Sequence record: QB031382.1
Reading direction: 5' to 3' (one strand)
DNA from: a phage
Length of the DNA: 64,000 nucleotides
This document shows positions 57,833 through 64,000 of this stretch, piece by piece. The notes beneath the pieces are model-generated. The model made no database searches. It was given only the letters and a program-made list of their open reading frames with translations, and had not been told where the DNA came from. Position 1 is the stretch's first letter; each line of letters starts with the position of its first letter. Both the position numbers and the translations under genes were made by a program.

Positions 57833-59016
57833 TGTCAAGAAACGTATTCGAAAGTGGTCAAATCACTGTCCGCGAGTTGCCAGCTATTATTCAATTTGCC
57901 CAGCGTCATAACCGATCTGTCCTGATTTTAGGACCGATGGGTGTGGGGAAGAGCCAGGTGATGAAGCAGATTGCTGATAATATGTTCGGTGAGCGAGATG
58001 ACAACCTGGTTGACGTGCGGCTGTCAGATAAAGATCCTGCTGACTTATCTGGACTACCTATCCCTGTAGAGGCAGATGGAACTACACGCACAGTGTTTGC
58101 AATTCCAGAATTTTGGCCTGCAGACTCGGACTGGAGCGGAATTATCTTTCTGGATGAGCTTACTCATGCAGATAACTACCTGCAGAAGGTTGCAATGCAA
58201 ATTATGCTCGACCACAAGTGCGGCACCTATGCATTTCCTAAGGGCTCTGTTTTTGTAGCTGCAGGTAACCGTGCTACAGATGGTGCTGTTCTTTCGGCGC
58301 TCGAAGCTCCTCTGGCTAACCGCTTTATCATTGTAGAAGTTACAAGCAATGCAGAGGTATTTATTGAGGACTACGCATTCCTTAATGGTGTACATTCCTC
58401 TGTAATTGGATATCTGAAAAGAGTTCCATCAGCTATCGATAATTATGAGGCTATGGCTGAGATTAATTGTCCGTCTTTTGCCACACCGCGATCTTGGGTT
58501 GCTGCATCTGACATCCTGCACGATTTTGACAGCGGTATTATTTCTGACGCTATGGCTCGTGTTCTTCTGCAAGGTGCTATTGGTCACACTGCAGCGGTAG
58601 AAATCTGGACCTACCACACCAAGAAACGAAACTTGCCAGAAATCGGTCGGATTATGGCAGGGGGTTGCAAAGAGTATGTAGGTCCTAAGCAGCCAGACAT
58701 CTTGTGGATTCTGGGGTCTGAAGGTTGTATCGCTATTCGTAACATGATGGAAAATGCAAGTATCTCCGACGAAGATCTTGTCAGCTGTGTGGCAAACTTC
58801 CTTGATTTCCTTTGGGAAAATTTCAAAGATGAAAACCGAGACTTTGTATTCTCAGTCTTTATGGCGATGATGAAACCCAACGCCCTAGGGAATGCCTTAC
58901 TTATTGGTAAAGGCCGGGACAAGATCGTTGCTCAGCTGATCAAAGCATACCCAAACCTGATGAAGATTGTAAAAGAGTTTGGTGAAGAGTTTAGCGCCAT
59001 TTTAGCTAAAGCTTGA
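57832..59016 (+). CDS. AAA+ ATPase, MoxR/CobS-like (AAA_5-type)
   Basis: Walker A GPMGVGKS, Walker B IIFLDELTHA, then VFVAAGNRATDG. Single-module length typical of MoxR-type ATPases. Confidence 0.6.
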   Translation: MSRNVFESGQITVRELPAIIQFAQRHNRSVLILGPMGVGKSQVMKQIADNMFGERDDNLVDVRLSDKDPADLSGLPIPVEADGTTRTVFAIPEFWPADSDWSGIIFLDELTHADNYLQKVAMQIMLDHKCGTYAFPKGSVFVAAGNRATDGAVLSALEAPLANRFIIVEVTSNAEVFIEDYAFLNGVHSSVIGYLKRVPSAIDNYEAMAEINCPSFATPRSWVAASDILHDFDSGIISDAMARVLLQGAIGHTAAVEIWTYHTKKRNLPEIGRIMAGGCKEYVGPKQPDILWILGSEGCIAIRNMMENASISDEDLVSCVANFLDFLWENFKDENRDFVFSVFMAMMKPNALGNALLIGKGRDKIVAQLIKAYPNLMKIVKEFGEEFSAILAKA

Positions 59017-59025
59017 GGAGGTTGT

Positions 59026-59406
59026 ATGGCTAAAGTAGGTAAGCGGGGAAACTACCTGGTGGTATTGACAGAGGAGCCGGAGAAGGAGTACGAATGCAGC
59101 TCCACCTGCGTGATCGATATCCGAGAAAAAGATGTAGATGAAATCTGGTTTAAAATACTGGACGCTTGCGACAGTAGTGATTATTTCTTCATCTATGTCA
59201 ACGATAAAGCTGGGTTCTTCCATGACGATGGAGAGTTACCGTATGAAATCTATGAACTTGTAGAGGCTTGCCATCGTGGAGATGCGGAGTTGTTTGGTCT
59301 ACGGCTGAAAAGCGGTAAATTTTTCTACCAAGATGAGTGCATGAATCTTCACAACTTCGTAGAGGGGACTTGCAATGATGGAGAGATTTTGGCACACTAC
59401 GACTAA
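59026..59406 (+). CDS. Hypothetical acidic protein
   Basis: 126 aa; RBS GAGGAGG. Confidence 0.45.
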   Translation: MAKVGKRGNYLVVLTEEPEKEYECSSTCVIDIREKDVDEIWFKILDACDSSDYFFIYVNDKAGFFHDDGELPYEIYELVEACHRGDAELFGLRLKSGKFFYQDECMNLHNFVEGTCNDGEILAHYD

Positions 59407-59418
59407 TTTCTAAGACCA

Positions 59419-59446
59419 CCCCCGCTTCGGCGGGGATTTTCTATTT
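59419..59446 (+). terminator. Intrinsic terminator
   Basis: CCCCGC / TTCG / GCGGGG followed by ATTTTCTATTT. Confidence 0.55.
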
Positions 59447-59455
59447 GGAGTTATT

Positions 59456-59956
59456 GTGAAAATTAAGATCTTTGCTATTATTTTGAGCGCATTTTTATCG
59501 CTGCCTGTTGTTGCAGCACCAAAACAAAAAGTATATCACACCTGCAAGCCATCGGATACTAAGGAAAACATTCTAGCATGTAATATCTACAGGGAGGCTA
59601 GAGGGGATGGCACGATGGGTATGCTGGCATCAGGGTTTGCCACACTAAACAGGAAATCTCACCCCAAATACCCGGACACCATAAGAAAGATTGTCTACCA
59701 ACCTAACCAGTTTTCGTGGACAAACCACGGCAAAACTTTTAAGGTGACAGAAAAAGATTCATGGGATCACGCTAAAAGTCTTGCAAAGATGCTTCTAAAG
59801 GTCTATAATAACAACCATGTTGCATACATGGCTATGGATATAACAGGTGGAGCAACACACTATCATACAACAAAAGTACGACCGAAATGGGCAAAAAAGA
59901 TGCAGAGGACAGCTCAATTCGGGAGTCATATCTACTACAAGGAGCGCAATAAATGA
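59456..59956 (+). CDS. Secreted cell-wall hydrolase (SleB/CwlJ Hydrolase_2-like), candidate endolysin
   Basis: GTG start after GGAG. N-terminal signal-peptide-like MKIKIFAIILSAFLSLPVVAAP. Domain motifs NIYREARGDG ... GGATHYHT ... RPKWA. Confidence 0.6.
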   Translation: MKIKIFAIILSAFLSLPVVAAPKQKVYHTCKPSDTKENILACNIYREARGDGTMGMLASGFATLNRKSHPKYPDTIRKIVYQPNQFSWTNHGKTFKVTEKDSWDHAKSLAKMLLKVYNNNHVAYMAMDITGGATHYHTTKVRPKWAKKMQRTAQFGSHIYYKERNK

Positions 59957-61935
59957 TTGTAAACAGTAATGAAACTAAAGCAGTGCTAACTGGGAATTTG
60001 GAGGTAACAAGGGGATCAATTTCTCTGAACAAAGAAACTTTTGGGTTAATCATTAAAGGGATTTATGAAGATAAGGTGCTGGCAAGCTGCCGTGAACCAA
60101 TCTTCAATGCTGTGGACTCTCATGTTGAGTCTGGACGTGGTGATGTTCCGATCATCATTCACTCCCCTACAGATCTTGAACCATACTTCTTTGTGCAGGA
60201 CGTTGGCCTCGGTATGTCAGAAGAGATGGTCCGCAACACTTTCATGAACCTCGGCGAGTCAACCAAGCGCGACAGCAACGATCTGGTAGGCAATAAAGGT
60301 GTTGGTTCAAAGGCCCCGTTCAGCATGGTGGACACTTTCGATGTAATCAGTGTGCACAATGGTGTGGAAAGCACATACCTATTGTTCTTGGACCAGGGTA
60401 TCCCAAATGTCACCAAGATCCGTGAGCGGAAGACTGAAGAGCACAATGGAGTAAAAGTTCAGTTTCATGTTAAGAAAGAGCATGTTCTGAAATATCGCAC
60501 CGCTATTGCATCATGTCTGCGCTATGCAAAATTTCCGTTCACTGTCACCGATCCGATGACGAGCAAGATGCTGGAGGGAGACAAAGTAGAGGCGCAGTAT
60601 TATTATGAAAAAGATGGTTGGAAGATGACCATCCTGAAGGGCTATACCAGCTCTGACGAGAGTCGTGTGGTAATGGGTCACCAACCTTACCGTTCTAAGT
60701 TCCTGGAAACACTAACAGATTATCCTGCAATTTGTGTAGAGATCCCTATCGGAGATTGCAATATTAACCCAGGGCGTGAATGGACCATAGAAGGTCACGA
60801 CGATGGTGGATTCCAAGAGCGTTTGGAAGCTTTTGTCAAAGAAGGCATTCGCCTTCGTGGAGCAGAAGTTGTTGCAGAACTGGAGACAGCAAAAACATCC
60901 TCAGAAGCACGCGAGATGATGAAGAACAGTGGAGTGTTCGGGCACATCTTCGGTAAGAATTTTATGTATAACCGTTGGGAAGAAACAGGACTAGGGAATT
61001 TGGGGGACTGCGAGATCTTCGCGGGTGGCTTAAATAAAGGCCGCATAGGCTACGCTTGTTACGGAAAGGTAGAATTCTTACGAGGAGTCTATTTAGTATT
61101 TAACGACGGAGACGGTAAATATAACCGAAATAAGTGTAACTACTTAAGCGAGATCACCGGACGCAACGTTTTCTATTGCCGGAACACGGATCTGGTAAAA
61201 GAGTTTAAAGAGGCGGCACACCATCCGTTTTTTGCAGATACGGTCAAATTGTTATCAGAGCTTCCTCGCCGACCTGTGAAGAAAGGTGAAACCAAAACTC
61301 GTTACGAGCCAGGCTATTGGGTTAAAAAACTTGAGAAGGATGGTTACTTCCGTCGTGAGCGTATTACTAAGGCAGAGTTCAGGAAGATTAAGCACTGCAT
61401 TCCTTATGAGGGTGATATCCAACGTGGAAGTTGTTGGCTGGGACAGCTGAGTAACATCTACCAGCAAAATTATGACCGTGTGCGTGCGGCACTCCAGATT
61501 CCTGAAGGGGAAGATCTGTACCTAGTATCAGAATCTCGTCTGCTTTGGACTGATCCTGATTGCCAGTATGTTACAGAGAAGAATGTGGAACATTTGTTGA
61601 AAGAGGACGCCTGGAAATTCTTACTGACTCGCGCAGCAAATGAAACTTCATATGACAGCCTGTATAGACAATTAGGGAAAATTATTCCCATGCAAGATTT
61701 TGGAAATTATCGGCCACATTTCCACAAGTGGGAAGGTAACACCGCGTGGAAGCACAGTGAGCTAAATCATCGTGCCAAAATCTTAATCGCCAACCGAGTT
61801 AAATGCGGGAAGGCCTATATTGCAAGATTGGAAAAGAAATACCCACTTTTGAAGCATGTAGGCTTGAAATATTGGGACACTCCTGCTATGATTGAATACC
61901 GTGAACTGATCGATACAAAGAATAACATCAAATAA
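59953..61935 (+). CDS. rIIA: rIIA-like protein with N-terminal GHKL ATPase fold
   Basis: GHKL motifs in order: EPIFNAVDSH, VQDVGLGMSEEMV, GNKGVGSKAPF. Closely parallels the T4 rIIA N-terminus as recalled. Confidence 0.6.
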   Translation: MIVNSNETKAVLTGNLEVTRGSISLNKETFGLIIKGIYEDKVLASCREPIFNAVDSHVESGRGDVPIIIHSPTDLEPYFFVQDVGLGMSEEMVRNTFMNLGESTKRDSNDLVGNKGVGSKAPFSMVDTFDVISVHNGVESTYLLFLDQGIPNVTKIRERKTEEHNGVKVQFHVKKEHVLKYRTAIASCLRYAKFPFTVTDPMTSKMLEGDKVEAQYYYEKDGWKMTILKGYTSSDESRVVMGHQPYRSKFLETLTDYPAICVEIPIGDCNINPGREWTIEGHDDGGFQERLEAFVKEGIRLRGAEVVAELETAKTSSEAREMMKNSGVFGHIFGKNFMYNRWEETGLGNLGDCEIFAGGLNKGRIGYACYGKVEFLRGVYLVFNDGDGKYNRNKCNYLSEITGRNVFYCRNTDLVKEFKEAAHHPFFADTVKLLSELPRRPVKKGETKTRYEPGYWVKKLEKDGYFRRERITKAEFRKIKHCIPYEGDIQRGSCWLGQLSNIYQQNYDRVRAALQIPEGEDLYLVSESRLLWTDPDCQYVTEKNVEHLLKEDAWKFLLTRAANETSYDSLYRQLGKIIPMQDFGNYRPHFHKWEGNTAWKHSELNHRAKILIANRVKCGKAYIARLEKKYPLLKHVGLKYWDTPAMIEYRELIDTKNNIK

Positions 61936-61945
61936 GGAGACCAAG

Positions 61946-63151
61946 ATGATTTTCATCTACGAACATTTCAAAACCCGTAAAGAAGCAAGAGACCGCCGTG
62001 CAGAACTTGAGAAGAAGGGTTTCATATGTGCCATTGAGAAAGGCGACACAACCTGGACACTGGCAGTTGGTGCCCCAGAGTTGTTCGATCCTGACCGTGA
62101 CAGCGTCTGCTACACCCGTGAAGATTTTGAAACCCGCGAAGAGGCCCGTTTATTTCGATACGGTCTGGAAGATAACGGTAAGTACGCCATGATCTTAGAT
62201 TTAGGCGAAGGGTCCGTTAAACGTTGGGGCGTGGTATACCCACTGTGTGTTGTTCATGGTGTGGGGTTCACTGGGGTAGCAATCAAGTCAGAAGAACCTT
62301 TAGTAGAAGTCAAAGATCCGGTGCTGGAGGTGGTGAGCAGTGTATCTCAGCAACAGACTCGAAGTATTGAGCCTTTGGTAGTTATTTGTGGGGAACTCCT
62401 CCAGATCACCTGCAACGAAGGCATTTTTGAAATTCGCCGCAGTGAAAGTGAGGAAGTTTACCAGAAAGTCTTCGACCATATCTCTGCCCAGAAATATGAC
62501 GAGGCAATTGGTGAAATCCTTGTCTGGTTGGAACGCAAGAATGAGTTCACTACACTTGCAGACAACCTGATCATGAAAGATGGTAAGCTCTACTACTACG
62601 GTGTAGAGATGCGATCCACCATTGCAAAGAAAATTGAGAAAGATTATGCAGACGGAACACTAGATGACCGCTATGTGAAATTCCTAGTTCGCCTGCTACG
62701 CAATCCTTCTGCAAAATCTGTAAACATGCTCTACGATTTTATGCAGGCCAACGATATCCAGGTTGCAGAAGATGGTCGAATCATTTGCTACAAAGGGGTT
62801 CAGTTTAACGGCAGCAAGTGGGTGGATTGGCACAGTGGTAAAGTTCCACAATACCAGGGTGCTTTTGTATCCATGCCTCGTAACTTTGTAGAGGATGATC
62901 CTGAAGCTGCTTGCTCCTATGGCTTACACTGCGCCAGCAAAGAGTATGCAAAGAGCTACGGCACTGTAATGACTGTTATGGTTGATCCTGCAGATGTGGT
63001 CAGTGTGCCATACCAACACAATAGCGCTAAGTGCCGTGCATGCCGCTATGAGATTGTGGTAGCTCCGGAAGCACGCAAAGACGGAGACCCTATTGAATAT
63101 GTAGTTGATCGTGACGGTAACACTATCGACATTCTTTACGAGGAGGCGTAA
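61946..63151 (+). CDS. rIIB: rIIB-like protein
   Basis: C-terminal NPSAKSVNMLYDFMQANDIQVAEDGRIICYKGV ... GLHCASKEYAKSYG ... VDPADVVSVPYQHNSAKCRACRYEIV parallels T4 rIIB as recalled; adjacent to rIIA-like gene. Confidence 0.6.
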   Translation: MIFIYEHFKTRKEARDRRAELEKKGFICAIEKGDTTWTLAVGAPELFDPDRDSVCYTREDFETREEARLFRYGLEDNGKYAMILDLGEGSVKRWGVVYPLCVVHGVGFTGVAIKSEEPLVEVKDPVLEVVSSVSQQQTRSIEPLVVICGELLQITCNEGIFEIRRSESEEVYQKVFDHISAQKYDEAIGEILVWLERKNEFTTLADNLIMKDGKLYYYGVEMRSTIAKKIEKDYADGTLDDRYVKFLVRLLRNPSAKSVNMLYDFMQANDIQVAEDGRIICYKGVQFNGSKWVDWHSGKVPQYQGAFVSMPRNFVEDDPEAACSYGLHCASKEYAKSYGTVMTVMVDPADVVSVPYQHNSAKCRACRYEIVVAPEARKDGDPIEYVVDRDGNTIDILYEEA

Positions 63152-64000
63152 TGGAAAAAGGGCAGTATGATGTAGGCACAGATGCTGCCCTCGTTGCAAT
63201 CATGAGCGGTGAGAATGTCTTCGTTTCAGGACCTGCAGGTTGTGGGAAGACGTATCTCATCAACATGATCCAGTCAATGTATGGAGACTCTTGCATAACG
63301 GTTGCCCCGACAGGGGTAGCCGCTTTAAACGTTAATGGAGCAACAGCACACCGAACCTTCGATCTTGCAGCAGGTGTGAGCATGGAGTCAGACTGGACCG
63401 CAATAAGGGCAAAAACAGCAAAGCCTTTGAAAAGCAAGGCATTTACCATCCTAATTATCGATGAAATCTCTATGATCCGTGCTGATAAGTTTATAGAGAT
63501 GGATAGGAAACTCCGCTTCCTTCGAAAAAATGACAAACCTTTCGGAGACATACAGGTCATATTGTTTGGCGATTTTTACCAGGCACCTCCTGTTGTCTCT
63601 TCTATGGAGAAGGAAGCCTACTTCAACTTCTACCATACGGACCTGTGTTGCTATACCGAATCTTGGAAAGAGCTTGACCTCCACAACATAGCCCTAGTAG
63701 ATCAGTTCCGACAGGAGTCTATTCGATTTGCCACAATGCTCAACTGTGTTCGTGAGGGTCGTCGCATAAAAGAGGTTGTAGCAGAACTTAATGCTCGCTG
63801 TTACAAAGGCGGTGTACCAACAGACGCTCTCACAATTTGCGCCACCAACAAACAAGCGGAGGAAGTGAACAGAAGGTTCTATGATGCCATCAACGCCCCA
63901 GAGAAGGTATACACTGGTGAAATGAAGGGTAAGTTTCCCTCCACCCTGCCAGTTGAGCAGGAGATGAAGTTGAAAATTGGCATGAAAGTTATGATAACCG
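63151..64000 (+). CDS. Pif1/RecD/Dda-like SF1 helicase (3' end outside window)
   Basis: ATG overlaps upstream stop (TAATG). Walker A GPAGCGKT, APTGVAA, IIDEISM, ILFGDFYQAPPV. ORF runs to window end. Confidence 0.65.
   Translation, partial: MEKGQYDVGTDAALVAIMSGENVFVSGPAGCGKTYLINMIQSMYGDSCITVAPTGVAALNVNGATAHRTFDLAAGVSMESDWTAIRAKTAKPLKSKAFTILIIDEISMIRADKFIEMDRKLRFLRKNDKPFGDIQVILFGDFYQAPPVVSSMEKEAYFNFYHTDLCCYTESWKELDLHNIALVDQFRQESIRFATMLNCVREGRRIKEVVAELNARCYKGGVPTDALTICATNKQAEEVNRRFYDAINAPEKVYTGEMKGKFPSTLPVEQEMKLKIGMKVMIT

Noticed and set aside
1-64000. tRNA genes, CRISPR arrays, integrase or repressor
   Set aside because: Intergenic regions are short and explained by promoters and terminators; no cloverleaf-like or spacer-repeat segments, and no recombinase or repressor-like ORFs were seen. 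A tRNA scan was not run, so a small tRNA could be missed.

Overview
The window reads as a contiguous 64-kb stretch of a tailed dsDNA phage genome, probably a virulent contractile-tailed phage of an enterobacterial-type host. All calls come from reading the sequence and the supplied ORF track; no database search was run, and family names are motif-level recognitions from memory. Layout: (1) 1-1988, the 3' part of a large-terminase gene apparently interrupted by a group-I-intron-like element carrying an HNH endonuclease; (2) 2091-9661, portal, head morphogenesis, lambda-gpE-like capsid and neck genes; (3) 9734-16523, sheath, tube, an inserted homing-endonuclease-like gene, chaperones and tape measure; (4) 16630-48434, baseplate plus an unusually large set of fibre/spike genes, including a lambda-J-like protein with an expanded coiled-coil repeat array; (5) 48481-55192, a leftward block of small early-type genes plus a VWA/HExxH protein; (6) 55335-64000, rightward genes including a MoxR-like AAA+ ATPase, a secreted cell-wall hydrolase, rIIA/rIIB-like genes and a truncated Pif1/Dda-like helicase. 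A recurring sigma70-like promoter and many intrinsic terminators punctuate the map. No tRNA, CRISPR array, integrase or repressor was recognised. Strongest candidates for something undescribed: the MoxR/VWA pair split across divergent operons, the uncharacterised leftward small-gene operon, membrane proteins inside the fibre cluster, and the composite tail tip.
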